This document shows, piece by piece, positions 29,543 to 39,225 of a DNA stretch of 64,000 nucleotides. The notes under the pieces were generated by a model. That model did not search any database. It was given only the letters and a program-made list of their open reading frames with translations, and was not told the DNA's origin. The translations under genes were made by a program, and so were the position numbers. Each line of letters begins with the position of its first letter. Position 1 is the stretch's first letter. The stretch is from assembly GCA_965214705.1 (NCBI GenBank), contig OZ243972.1:3040001-3104000 (forward strand), read 5' to 3'. The DNA comes from Alphaproteobacteria bacterium. GTDB taxonomy: Bacteria; Pseudomonadota; Alphaproteobacteria; UBA828.

Positions 29543-30472
29543 CTAGGCCGCCTTGAGGACCGGGATACCGAGCTGCCGCGCGCGGTCGACGAGGTTCTCG
29601 GTGATGCCGCTGCCGGGGAACGCGATGACGCCCTTGGGCAGGAGGTTGAGCAGTTCCTCGTTGCGGCGGAACGGTGCGGCGCGTCCGTGGCGGTCCCAGT
29701 CGGGCTTGCAGACGATCTGGTGGACGCCGTTGCGCTCGGCCCAGCTTGCGGCGATCTTCTCGACGCCGGGGCCGCCGCCATGCACGATGACGATGTCGCT
29801 GTACTTGGCGCGGGCCTGGTCGAGCTTGGCGATCACCGCCGCCGGGTCGGCAACGTCCTTGCCGCCGGCGATGGCGACCAGCGTTCCCTGCGGCAGATGC
29901 GCCATGGTCTTTCGGTCCTTCCTCGCGCGCATGAAGTCGCGGGCGTCGATGGCGGCGGAGGTGAGCCTGCCGGTCTGGCTGGTGTGCGATCCCCGGCGCG
30001 GCCGCCACACGCTGCCGGTGTCTGCGCGATAGGCGTCGGCGGCCTCGTCGCGCATACGCTCGAAGGCGTCGCGGCGGTCGCCGAGGTTGTGCGCGCGGCT
30101 GGTGAGGAGTTCGAGTTCGAGCGACTTGATCTCGGTGCCGTCCTGGTCGCGCTGGAGGTCGCGCAGCTGCGGCGTCAGCTTGTCGGCGGCACGGTCGAGC
30201 CTCTTGGTCTGGCTGTCGAGCATGTTGACGAAGCCCCAGAGCAGGCTCTCGCGCTCGTCGGCGAGCTGGAAGCCGTCGGGCCCGACGCCCTGGCTGAGGA
30301 TGCGGAAGGATTCGAGGACGGCCTCGATGGCGTCGTCCTCGTCCCAGACCTCGCGGGTGTCGAACTCGTCGCGCTCGGGAGCCGCGCCGTAGAGCGCTGC
30401 GTTGTCGCAGACAGTGGCGGTGATGGACGCGTCCCGCGCTTCGATGGTGTCGATGTTCTCGATGGTGGTCAT
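29543..30472 (-). CDS. DUF2493 / YspA-like SLOG-family protein
   Basis: C-terminal VAIAGG, IVHGG.PGVE, PDWDRHGRAAPFRRN, IAFPGSG; coiled-coil N-terminus. Confidence 0.8.
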   Translation of the reverse strand: MTTIENIDTIEARDASITATVCDNAALYGAAPERDEFDTREVWDEDDAIEAVLESFRILSQGVGPDGFQLADERESLLWGFVNMLDSQTKRLDRAADKLTPQLRDLQRDQDGTEIKSLELELLTSRAHNLGDRRDAFERMRDEAADAYRADTGSVWRPRRGSHTSQTGRLTSAAIDARDFMRARKDRKTMAHLPQGTLVAIAGGKDVADPAAVIAKLDQARAKYSDIVIVHGGGPGVEKIAASWAERNGVHQIVCKPDWDRHGRAAPFRRNEELLNLLPKGVIAFPGSGITENLVDRARQLGIPVLKAA

Positions 30473-30558
30473 GACGCTCTCCCGATCTGAAGTTGCACGG
30501 ATCGGAGCGTGTGCCCCGACGTGATGTCCTGTTGGGAACCGCGCGCGCAGCGGAAGCA

Positions 30559-30680
30559 CCTGGGCTTAGAAGCTCTTGGGGCGGAGTGGTGCGGAAAGTC
30601 GTCGAGTGGTGCGGAAGATCGCTCCGCGATCTTCACGGTCGGCGACTTTCACGGTCCGCCCCTAGAGCTTCTTGCCCAGG
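30559..30680. promoter_or_regulatory. 122-nt multi-stem hairpin, candidate ssDNA promoter/priming signal or structured 5' UTR
   Basis: Five stacked stems of 7, 9, 8, 12 and 9 bp with two identical internal loops GTGGTGCG/ACGG. Structure is seen directly; function is inferred. Confidence 0.6.
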
Positions 30681-30867
30681 CCGGAGGGAGCGGAGCGACC
30701 GGAGGACCCGCAGGGTTGCTTGCGCGAGCACGTGGGTCACAATGGGACTTCACGTCGCTGTGCGTATTGTTTGCCCCCTGCACCGCCCCACGGCCTCGCG
30801 GCGGGCACGGCGTAGGCAAGCGGCGCGTGGACCGCGCGACCCGGCTGACCGCGCCTGCCATCGCGGA

Positions 30868-31095
30868 TCAGTTCCACAGAGGATGGGTGACGACGAGGCG
30901 GGTGACCACCTCGCGTATGCGCGAGCGCTCATGGATGCGCACCGGGCCGCGGGGGTCCTCCGACAGATGCGCAACGTAGAAGTGCGATCCCGGATTCAGG
31001 ATGTCGTCCTGGCGATGGACCTCGCCGACGAGGTCGCCGTCGAAATAGACGCGGGACTCTTCCGGGGTGATGCGCTTGAAGGCGATATCGGTCAT
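30868..31095 (-). CDS. hypothetical protein (75 aa)
   Basis: MTDIAFKRITPEESRVYFDG...; RBS AGGGAG; protein-like composition. Confidence 0.7.
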   Translation of the reverse strand: MTDIAFKRITPEESRVYFDGDLVGEVHRQDDILNPGSHFYVAHLSEDPRGPVRIHERSRIREVVTRLVVTHPLWN

Positions 31096-31261
31096 GTCGT
31101 GCTCCCTGTCCGATGCCGCGTGAGGCAGGGACCGCTCCCTCCCTCCTCGCGGCGTTCCGCCCGCTCTTCGCTCTCCTCCACTCCATCTCCGGGCCGCCCG
31201 GCGCGGCCTGCGCGACCGGGTGCGACGCGGATCGGGCGGCAGTCTCCGGACCCGCTGCATG

Positions 31262-31294
31262 AAAAACGGGGACGGCGCCGAAGCACCGCCCCCG
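31262..31294 (-). terminator. rho-independent terminator downstream of ssb copy 2
   Basis: Minus strand cgggggcggtgc-ttcg-gcgccgtccccg-ttttt. Confidence 0.75.
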
Positions 31295-31318
31295 AGGCGA
31301 GGAGAGACAGTTGACGAT

Positions 31319-31801
31319 TCAGAACGGGAGGTCGCTGTCCGGGTCCGGGCTGCCGGCCTGCGCCGGGGCGCCCGCCGGCATCGCCTCGCCGCTCGCGGGC
31401 GCCTGCGCGGGCTCCGCCGCGGCCTGCGCGCCGTTGCCGCTGGCCCCGTTCGGCTTGTCCAGAAACTGGATCTTGTGACCGGGCACGATCATGATCTCGG
31501 TCGAGAAGCGGTCCGAGTCCTCGCCGTCCTTCTTCCACCGCCGGGTCTGCAACTTGCCCTCGGCGTGGACCAGGCGGCCCTTCTTCGCGTGGCGCACCAG
31601 CATGTCGATCAGGCCGTCCTGGAAGGTGACGACGCGATGCCACTCCGTCTTGTCGACCCGGTTGCCGGTCTTGTCGATGAACGATTCGTCGGTGGCGATG
31701 CTGAGATTGGCGACGCGGCCGCCGCTCATCAGGTGGTTCACGGAGACGTCGGCGCCGAGGCGGCCGATCAGTTCCACGCGGTTCATTCCGAAGCTCATCA
31801 C
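31319..31801 (-). CDS. ssb: single-stranded DNA-binding protein (copy 2)
   Basis: MNRVELIGRLG, TEWHRVV, EGKLQTRRW, acidic tip DSDLPF. Confidence 0.93.
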   Translation of the reverse strand: MMSFGMNRVELIGRLGADVSVNHLMSGGRVANLSIATDESFIDKTGNRVDKTEWHRVVTFQDGLIDMLVRHAKKGRLVHAEGKLQTRRWKKDGEDSDRFSTEIMIVPGHKIQFLDKPNGASGNGAQAAAEPAQAPASGEAMPAGAPAQAGSPDPDSDLPF

Positions 31802-31901
31802 GATGCTCCTTCAGTTCTCGTTCATGACGATGGGTTGCGAACGCCGGCGGCCGGGTCGATCTCCCCCCGGCTCCCGCCGTTCAACTTCTCCAGGCTTCCC
31901 T

Positions 31902-32156
31902 TCACCTCCAATCGGCCTGCCGGCGCGACGGGACCGGGCCCGGGATATCCGTCGGCGCCGCCCCGCGCAGGGCACCGTCGAGCGGCATGACCACGTCGAG
32001 GAACGCGGTCCCCGGGTCGGGCCGCACCTGCTCCCTGCCGGGACAGCGGAAGGCGCGGTTTTCCGCGATGACTTCGCTCGCGGCGGCGGGGTCGATGCCG
32101 ATCTCGGCGAGCAGGTCGCCGGTGGGGACGTCGAAATGGGTATCGGGGTCGAACAT
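31902..32156 (-). CDS. hypothetical protein (84 aa)
   Basis: MFDPDTHFDVPTGD...; RBS GGGAGG. Confidence 0.55.
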   Translation of the reverse strand: MFDPDTHFDVPTGDLLAEIGIDPAAASEVIAENRAFRCPGREQVRPDPGTAFLDVVMPLDGALRGAAPTDIPGPVPSRRQADWR

Positions 32157-32409
32157 GGCCGGAGCCTCCCTTGGCCTGCCCGGCGCCGGCGAGGGAAACC
32201 GCTCCCTCCGCTCTCCGGGCGATCGCCCGAAGCGCGCTCTTCTCCAACTCCGCGAAGGGGACGCCACGCGGGACGCATTCGCCCGCCGCATGCGCGGAGC
32301 GGCGGTGGTGCCGGAATGGGCGGACCGTGGGCCGCATGGCCTGCCCCCGCCGCCGGCCCGGCGGTTCAGTGCGGGGCGCCGTTGCCGGCGCGACGGGACC
32401 GGCCCGGCG

Positions 32410-32640
32410 CTACAGGCGCTCCGCGGCGAAGGCGGTCCAGTTCTCCCGTGTCCAGCCGAGCGGCCGGTTCAGCCTGTCCGCGATCTCCAGGGCCTCGTCG
32501 ACGCCCAACACGATCAGCGACGTGCCGATGGCCACATCCATCCCGTCGACGACGATGCGGATCTGCTGGAACCCCGTGTCGGGGTCCTCGACGGGCACGA
32601 AGGCGTAGACGGGATTGTCGGGCATCGTGGCGTTGCTCAT
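32410..32640 (-). CDS. hypothetical acidic protein (76 aa)
   Basis: MSNATMPDNPVYAFVPVED...; RBS AGGGAGA. Confidence 0.65.
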   Translation of the reverse strand: MSNATMPDNPVYAFVPVEDPDTGFQQIRIVVDGMDVAIGTSLIVLGVDEALEIADRLNRPLGWTRENWTAFAAERL

Positions 32641-32881
32641 GTGCTCGTTTCTCCCTGTGGGCCGCCGGGACGGGCCGCCCGCCCGCCGGCTATATGTATG
32701 GCGGACGCCGGGCCGGCGGTACGGACGGGCGCTGGCGGCGAACCGGCCCCGCCCGATTGAACATCGTTCACGCCCAGGCCGTGAAGCTCGCGGTGACCGG
32801 GGCGTCCCGGATCACCTCGACCTGCTCCGAGGACAGCTTGGCGAAGGCGAGGCAGAGAACGACGTCGGCCATGCTGTCATA

Positions 32882-34560
32882 GGGTGTAGGTCTGGCATGG
32901 CGATCGTAAGTCATTGATTTAGCGCGATTGGCGGGTGGCCGTAGGCAGCCAGAATCGGGTTTTCGTGACAATCGGCCGGTGCAGGGCCGGATTTTGTCAC
33001 AACGGCGGCATCCAGCAGTGGTGGGTGGGAACGCTCCGCACCGCGAGATGCGGTAGGATGCCGCGCCGACAACCCAACATCAGACCCAACATCAGGAGCG
33101 TTCCCATGCCAGTGTCGCAGTCTCTCATCGCCTCGTCCATCGACCTTTTGGGCCTGCCTGCCGAAGTCGCCGAAGCGGTCGCCCAGGTGGTGGAGTTCTG
33201 TCGCGAACAGGCTGGGTCTGACCCGTCTGCCGAGACGTTCGAAACGGTTGAGACGGGGCTGCGGGACGCCATGAACGGCTTGGGTTGCAAGCTCCTTGGG
33301 GCCTTCGCCGAGAGCCGCGACGACGGTGCGAGCCGGATCGAGCGCGACGGACAGAGCTGGGTCCGGGTGGCGGCGACGCCGAAGACGATCATGACGACGC
33401 TCGGTCCCGTGACCTATCGGCGTGCGCGCTATCGCAGCGGCGCGAGCAGCACGTCGCTGGTGCCGGTGGACGAGAGCCTGGGCCTCATCGACGACTACCT
33501 GACGCGGCCGGCGGCGCAGCTCGGGCTGATGATGATGGGCCACTGTACGCCGCGTGAAGCGGAGGAGTTCTTCGCGAAAATGGGCGGAATGACGCCGTCG
33601 GTGAGCACGCTGCAGCGCCTGGCCCTGAGCATGCATGAGCACTGGGAGAGCGTCGCCCCGGAGACGCTGGCCAGCATCCGTGAAACCCAGGGCATACCGC
33701 CCGATGCGGTCACCGCGTCCGTCTCCCTTGACGGCGTCATGGTGGCGCTGCGGGCCGGCGAGGACGGCCGTGCCGAGGCGTGCTGGCGCGAGGCCTCTTG
33801 CGGCACGGTCTCCTTCCACGACGCCGAGGGCCAACGGCTGAAGACCCTCTATCTCGGCCGTATGCCCGAGAGCGGCAAGGCCGCGCTGAAAGCGCAACTT
33901 GCAAGCGAGGTCGCCCATATCCGCCGTGTGAGCCCGAAGATCAGGATCGGCGCCGTCGCCGACGGGGCCGCCGACAACTGGACCTTCCTCGAAAGCCTCT
34001 CGCCCGAGACCGAGGTCATCGACTTCTGGCACGCTTGCGAGCATCTCCGCGTGGCCTCTGACCATGCGGTGGCGCGCCACTGGTTCGAGAAGCACCGCGA
34101 AATCCTGCGCCACGACCCCCGCGGCGTCGACAAGGTGATCCGGGCACTGCGCTACCTCCTGGACAGGGCAAAGGGGGACCCGGCCGAGATCGAGCGCGAA
34201 CTGGCCTTCTTCCGAAAGCACCGCCATCGGATGCGCTACCACGCCCTGAAGGAAGAGGGCATCGCCATCGGCTCGGGTGTGGTCGAGGCGGCCTGCAAGA
34301 CCCTCGTCGCGCAGCGCTTGAAACGCTCGGGCATGCGCTGGCGGATCGACGGCGGGCAGGCGGTTCTGACCTTCCGCGCCCTGATCAAATCCGGCCTCTT
34401 CGACCGGGCATGGGATGCGCTCATGGACGCCCGATCCGGACCAGCTAACGACAACATCAGCCCAACCGAAGTCCTGGCACTCGCTGCTTGACCAAAATGA
34501 ACCAGCCCATATCCTTTAGCGCCATCACGACTGGCATATCGCCATACGAGAATCACACCC
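32882..34560 (+). mobile_element. ISKra4/ISLre2-like insertion sequence (1679 bp)
   Basis: Imperfect IRs GGGTGTAGGTCTGGCATGGCGAT / GGGTGTGATTCTCGTATGGCGAT; 8-bp TSD CTGTCATA (32874-32881, 34561-34568). Confidence 0.9.
33106..34491 (+). CDS. DDE transposase, ISKra4/UPF0236-like
   Basis: SLDGVMV, ADGAADNW, IDFWHACEHL, IGSGVVEAACK...RLKRSGMRW; start codon uncertain. Confidence 0.88.
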   Translation: MPVSQSLIASSIDLLGLPAEVAEAVAQVVEFCREQAGSDPSAETFETVETGLRDAMNGLGCKLLGAFAESRDDGASRIERDGQSWVRVAATPKTIMTTLGPVTYRRARYRSGASSTSLVPVDESLGLIDDYLTRPAAQLGLMMMGHCTPREAEEFFAKMGGMTPSVSTLQRLALSMHEHWESVAPETLASIRETQGIPPDAVTASVSLDGVMVALRAGEDGRAEACWREASCGTVSFHDAEGQRLKTLYLGRMPESGKAALKAQLASEVAHIRRVSPKIRIGAVADGAADNWTFLESLSPETEVIDFWHACEHLRVASDHAVARHWFEKHREILRHDPRGVDKVIRALRYLLDRAKGDPAEIERELAFFRKHRHRMRYHALKEEGIAIGSGVVEAACKTLVAQRLKRSGMRWRIDGGQAVLTFRALIKSGLFDRAWDALMDARSGPANDNISPTEVLALAA

Positions 34561-35831
34561 CTGTCATAGGTGCCGTGCTCGATTCCCGTCTCGAGTTCGA
34601 CGACCGTGTATTGCGGCTCATGGACCGGGATGCCGCGAAACGCCCCCGATCCTTCACGGTGCCTGATCGAACAGGGCTCGCAGCGCGCCACCCCGGGCGA
34701 GGGCGCATCGCACTCGACGCAACGGCCCCTGGCGCGCCTGTCGGCATACCGCCGGCGCCGCTCGGCATACTCCGCCTCGCGGTCTCGGCGCTCGTTCTTG
34801 GCGACGGCGCAGGGCGCGCAGTAGGCCGTGCCGTCGAATACCGGGGTCTTGCACTTGACGCAGACCCCGGCGGCGCGGCGGGCGTGGTAGCGCTCGCGCG
34901 CGGCGTCGCAGCAGGCGCGGCACTCGGCCGCCCCGTTGGCGGGCTTTCCGCAGGTGGTGCAATCGCCCCTGGCGCGCCGCTCGGCATAGCGCCGCCGGTC
35001 GGCCTCACGTCTGGCTTCCGGGTTGCGCTTCCGCCGCTTGTTCCGGGCCTCGCCGCAGGGGTCGCAATAGGCCCTCCCGCCGGGCGCGGGCATCGCACAT
35101 TTCACGCACAATCCGGCGGCGCGGCGTTCGGCATGGCGCGCGCGTTTCGCGGCCCGCCGGTTCTCGCGGCACGGCTCGCACATGGACCGGCCCTCCGCGG
35201 GCGGGGCATGTCCGCAGCGGATACAGATGCCGGCCTCCCGGCGGGCTTCGGCGCGCCGGCGGCTGCGCTTCCGGCCGGCCCGCCGCTTGGCTTCCGGATC
35301 GCGGCCGCCATAGGCCAGGCCCCGGGCCTTGGCGCGGGCATGACGGGCGCGGTCGTGCGCGCGATGCTGCTCCGCGCAGGGCTCGCAGGTCGTCCGGTCC
35401 GGGCGTGCCGGAGCCCTGCCGCACTTCGTGCAGATGCCGGCGGCTTTCCTCTCGATGTGCAGCCGGCGGCCGCGCTCGCGCTCGTACTGTTTTGCCTTGG
35501 CAGGATCACGCCTGGGTTTTCCCTCGGCGCGCAGCCTGGCGTTGCGGGCGCGATCGGCGGCGTTGCGCTTCTCGGCGCAGGGCGCGCAGAGCGTGCGCTC
35601 GGGTTCGGGCTCGGTCCGGCCGCAATTCAGGCAGAGGCCGGCCGCCCGGCGGGCTTCGGTCCGCCGGCGGTAGCGTTCCAGGTCGCGAGCGCGCCGAACG
35701 CTGATGTCCTTGTACGCCATGACGGCGCTCTCCCTGCCGATGTGGAATTCGGGACGGAGGACGTCCGGCCGGCTGCCCATGCCCCCGAACCGGGGACGGC
35801 GGGCCGGCTGGACGTCCCAGGGAGGAAGGGG

Positions 35832-36158
35832 TCAGCCCTTCTGGCGGCGGTCGCAGAACAAGGACGTCGATACGCTTCCCCAGTACTGGACCCCGCCGCG
35901 GCTCTTGAGGCCGGTGCAGACGATGATCTCGTTGGGAGCGGGCCGCATCTCCTTGACCGCCTTCAGCGTGGCGGTGAAGACCTTCGCCCTGCGGTTCCTG
36001 CCACCCTTCGGCGCCGGATCGGGGCAGCGCCGAATCTCGCCGTCCGCCATCGCCCGGAACTTCTCGACCGCATAGCGATCGTCGGCCAGGCCGGGTCCGA
36101 AGAAATGGGTGAGAAAGGTCGCCGCCGTGTTGCCGGGCAATGCGATCGCTGCGCTCAT
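35832..36158 (-). CDS. hypothetical protein (108 aa)
   Basis: RBS GGAGA; co-oriented upstream of the zinc-finger gene. Confidence 0.55.
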   Translation of the reverse strand: MSAAIALPGNTAATFLTHFFGPGLADDRYAVEKFRAMADGEIRRCPDPAPKGGRNRRAKVFTATLKAVKEMRPAPNEIIVCTGLKSRGGVQYWGSVSTSLFCDRRQKG

Positions 36159-36368
36159 GATGCCGTCTCCATCGTGCCGTGGTGGAAATCGGCGGCAGCG
36201 CCCCGCCCTCCGAAGCGCCGACCGCCGCCCCGCTCACGGCCAAGCCTCTTCTCCTGCCGGCGAGAGGCGCGCAGGTGGAGACGACGGCAGGATGGCTGCG
36301 TAGCGGGCAGGGGCACGGCGCGAGTTGAAAAGCCACACCGGGTATCATAAAAGGAGCCATGAAGGCGG

Positions 36369-36776
36369 ATGCGCGCGAGGGTCGGGTTGCAGACGTTCAA
36401 GACCAAGGCCTTCGCCCGTTTCGCCGACCGCGAAGGGCTGGAGGATACAGCCTTGTGCGAGGCCGTCCGGCGCGCCGGGGAAGGGCTGATCGACGCCGAC
36501 CTCGGCGGCGGCGTCATCAAGCAGCGCATCGCCCGCAAGGGAGGCGGCCGGTCCGGCGGGTTCCGCACGATCGTGCTGTTCCGCCGGGGCGCGCTGGCGT
36601 TCTTCGTCTACGGTTTCGCCAAGAGCGACCGCGAGAACCTGCGCCGGGACGAGCTCGAGACCTACAGGCTGTTGGCCGACGGGTATCTGGCGCTGGACAG
36701 GAAGGGCCTGGCGGCCGCGCAGGCGACTGGATCGATAATCGAGGTGGAATGCGATGACCAAGCAATACAAGAGTGA
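36369..36776 (+). CDS. RelE/ParE-family toxin
   Basis: FKTKAFARFA, ADLGGGVIKQRIAR.GGGRSGGFR, FFVYGFAKS; start may be TTG at 36387. Confidence 0.85.
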   Translation: MRARVGLQTFKTKAFARFADREGLEDTALCEAVRRAGEGLIDADLGGGVIKQRIARKGGGRSGGFRTIVLFRRGALAFFVYGFAKSDRENLRRDELETYRLLADGYLALDRKGLAAAQATGSIIEVECDDQAIQE

Positions 36777-37071
36777 GGCGCTCGCGGCTGCGCACGAGGC
36801 GGCGCTCGGCCTGGCCGAGGCGGGCCTGATGTCGAAACGGACCATGCGGAAGTTCGACGAGATGTGCCTCACGCCCGTCAAGGAGATGACGCCGGAGGAC
36901 ATTCGCGAGCTTCGGCTGCGCGAGCATGCGAGCCAGGCGGTGTTCGCGCGCTACCTCAACGTGACGACGGGTCTGGTGAGCCAGTGGGAGCGCGGCGAGA
37001 AGCGCCCCCGGGGCACCTCGCTCAAGCTGCTGACACTGGTCGCCAAGAACGGTCTTGGGGCGGTCGCGTGA
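36754..37071 (+). CDS. XRE/HTH antitoxin
   Basis: IRELR....SQAVFARYLNV...VSQWERGEKRP; overlaps the toxin. Confidence 0.88.
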   Translation: MTKQYKSEALAAAHEAALGLAEAGLMSKRTMRKFDEMCLTPVKEMTPEDIRELRLREHASQAVFARYLNVTTGLVSQWERGEKRPRGTSLKLLTLVAKNGLGAVA

Positions 37072-37182
37072 CGGGCAGATACGCTCTGGCGCGCTGCAAT
37101 ACTATTGAATCCGCTTTCGGTTTGATCTCGGATCAGGTCAGGAAAGAGAATAATTGTTGTATTTAGGTGAGTTAGATGGATA

Positions 37183-37575
37183 GCGGTTCTTACCGACAGC
37201 AAGACGGGGCCGCGAAAGGTTCCTCTCAACAGCCAGGCCCGACGCGTCCTGGAGCGACAGCCGCGTGTGGGAAGCCCATTCGTGTTCCCGTCGCCGCGCG
37301 ATCCGTCGCGACCGCGCGGCGTTGACCTTCCGCTGTGGTATTCGGCGCGCCGGGAGGCCGGCATCGAGGATGTCCGGCTTCACGACCTCAGACACACCCA
37401 CGCCAGCCACGCGGTGATGAACGGAGTGCCGGTGCCGGTGGTCTCGCGGCTCCTCGGCCATTCCAACGTCCGCATGACGCTCCGCTACGCCCATCTCGGG
37501 GACCGCGACATCGAGGCCGCCGCCGAGAGGGTCGGACAGGCCGTTGCCGACATCATGGGTATCGGAAGCGACTGA
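37183..37575 (+). pseudogene. C-terminal fragment of a tyrosine integrase
   Basis: DSKTGPRKVPLN...HDLRHT...LLGHS...RYAH; N-terminus with the first catalytic Arg is missing; in-frame stop at 37168 within an AT-rich scar. Confidence 0.85.
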
Positions 37576-37944
37576 TCCGTTTGCGGTGAACCTCGTTTGC
37601 CTACACTCGCCACAATCCGGTTCGGTCATGGCGCAGACGTACCTTACCAATCCCCATTTCATTACCTTTGGAGATCACTTGGGCGTCCTCCGGCGTCTCC
37701 TTCAGCCAGCGCGCCGGAACCGAAATCCGACCGATCACTGTCCCGTCGAACGGCGACGTTAGTTCGACCGCAATGTCCACTGTCCTGTCGCTCGAGGCGG
37801 GTGACAATCCTCTCGTTGACCTTGGCCTGAGTGGCTTTACCGGTGAGTGTTGGTGGAGCTTCCCCCGGAGGAACCTCCTGCTGAGAGAGTGGTCCTTCTA
37901 CAGGATCCCAGATTGAATTAGTCTTTCCTCCACGGGAGGCTGAC

Positions 37945-39159
37945 ATGGCTAACGGATCTCCGACGGAGGTCTCCGCCGAGGCCCTGGTTGAGGCGGCCCG
38001 CGACTTGGTACCGAAGCTCGCCGCCGGTGCAGCGGACCGCGACAGGAACCGCACATTGCCGCTCGACGAGGTCGATCTCGTGCGCCGGTCGCGTGTCCTG
38101 ACCGCACGGGTTCCCGAGCGTTTCGGTGGTCCGGGCGCCAGCTTCGAGTCATTCGCCGAGATCACAATGTCGCTCTCCGAAGGCGACTGCAACGTCGCCC
38201 AATCGGTCGGCCCGAGCTGCGTCATGCTGGAGCTGTTCCGGCTGGAATCGACCGAGGCCCAAATGCGCAGGTACTACGGGAAGGTTCTGGACGGCGTCAT
38301 CTATACCAACGCGATGGCGGAGCGTGGAGGCAAGTTCGTCGGCGACCTCAAGACGACGATCGCCCCGGACGGCGACGTCTATCGCATCAACGGCACTAAG
38401 TTCTACTGCACCGGAAGCCAGGTGTGCGACGAAATCATCGCGAACGGTCTGATGCCGGACGGCTCCCTCGGCTATGTCCTGTTGCCGGTCGGCAGTGCGG
38501 GCGTGACCATCGAAGACGACTGGGACGGCATGGGGCAACGCACCACCTCAAGCGGCACGATCCGGTTCGACAATGTGGCGGTGGTGCCGGACGACGTGGT
38601 CCCCGCGCCCGATGCGCACACCCGGCGCGCCTATGTCGGGGCCGGCTTTCAACTCTTTCAGGCGGCGATCGACGCGGGAATTACACGCGCCGCCCTGACC
38701 GATGCGATCGATTACGCCCGAACCAAGGCCCGCCCGGTACCGGAAGCGGGCGTGACGCGCCAGGCCGATGACCCGTATGTCATTTCGGCGATCGGCGAAA
38801 TGGCGACCTTTTCGCACGGTGCAGACTCGATGGTGCGGCGCGCTGCGAGGGTTGTCGACCAGGCGTCGGAAGCGCAGATCACGGGAAGCCTCGCCGGGGA
38901 CGCGCTCGACAGGCAGCTGAGCGAGGGCTCCATCGCGGTCTGCGAAGCCAAGATCGCGGCAACCCATGCCGCGCTCAGGGTCAGCGAAATGCTGTTTCAA
39001 GTCGCCGGCGCTTCCGCTTCGCTCCGGCGCTACGACCTGGACCGTCATTGGCGCAACGCGCGCACTCACACGCTGCACGATCCCGTGTCCTACAAGTACC
39101 GGGCGGTCGGCGACTTCCTTCTGAACGGCCGGCCGCCGCCGATTTCCACCAAGTACTGA
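37945..39159 (+). CDS. acyl-CoA-dehydrogenase-fold flavin monooxygenase (DszC/SfnB-like)
   Basis: NGTKFYCTGS, DDWDGMGQRTTSSG, LDRHWRNARTHTLHDP. Confidence 0.85.
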   Translation: MANGSPTEVSAEALVEAARDLVPKLAAGAADRDRNRTLPLDEVDLVRRSRVLTARVPERFGGPGASFESFAEITMSLSEGDCNVAQSVGPSCVMLELFRLESTEAQMRRYYGKVLDGVIYTNAMAERGGKFVGDLKTTIAPDGDVYRINGTKFYCTGSQVCDEIIANGLMPDGSLGYVLLPVGSAGVTIEDDWDGMGQRTTSSGTIRFDNVAVVPDDVVPAPDAHTRRAYVGAGFQLFQAAIDAGITRAALTDAIDYARTKARPVPEAGVTRQADDPYVISAIGEMATFSHGADSMVRRAARVVDQASEAQITGSLAGDALDRQLSEGSIAVCEAKIAATHAALRVSEMLFQVAGASASLRRYDLDRHWRNARTHTLHDPVSYKYRAVGDFLLNGRPPPISTKY

Positions 39160-39225
39160 GTTGCGGCCCAGCGCGGCTTTCGGGGACGCAGCCTTCTTCC
39201 TATCGAACCGTCGGGAGGCAACGGC

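Larger units (their letters stand above)
32768..35720 (-). pseudogene. protein with 7 tandem C4 zinc-finger repeats (421 aa rejoined: 35720-34561 + 32873-32768), split by an IS
   Basis: Seven GxCxxC-x9-11-CxxC units with Arg-rich linkers; removing the IS and one TSD gives in-frame HGTYD|SMADVVLCLAFAKL...AWA*. Confidence 0.85.

Noticed and set aside
30584-30616. Direct repeat gagtggtgcggaa x2 as CRISPR or iterons
   Set aside because: Only two units, 20 nt apart, explained as the repeated loops of the hairpin; no cas or rep gene
30760-30770. GTGCGTATTGT resembling the R388 nic region
   Set aside because: Lacks the adjacent IR and the following CT|ATAG; the 29156 site fits better in sequence and position, though a secondary site is not excluded
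34236-34560. C-terminal tail of the 514-aa ORF in the track
   Set aside because: Read-through into the antisense strand of the IS; the native C-terminus is at 32873-32768
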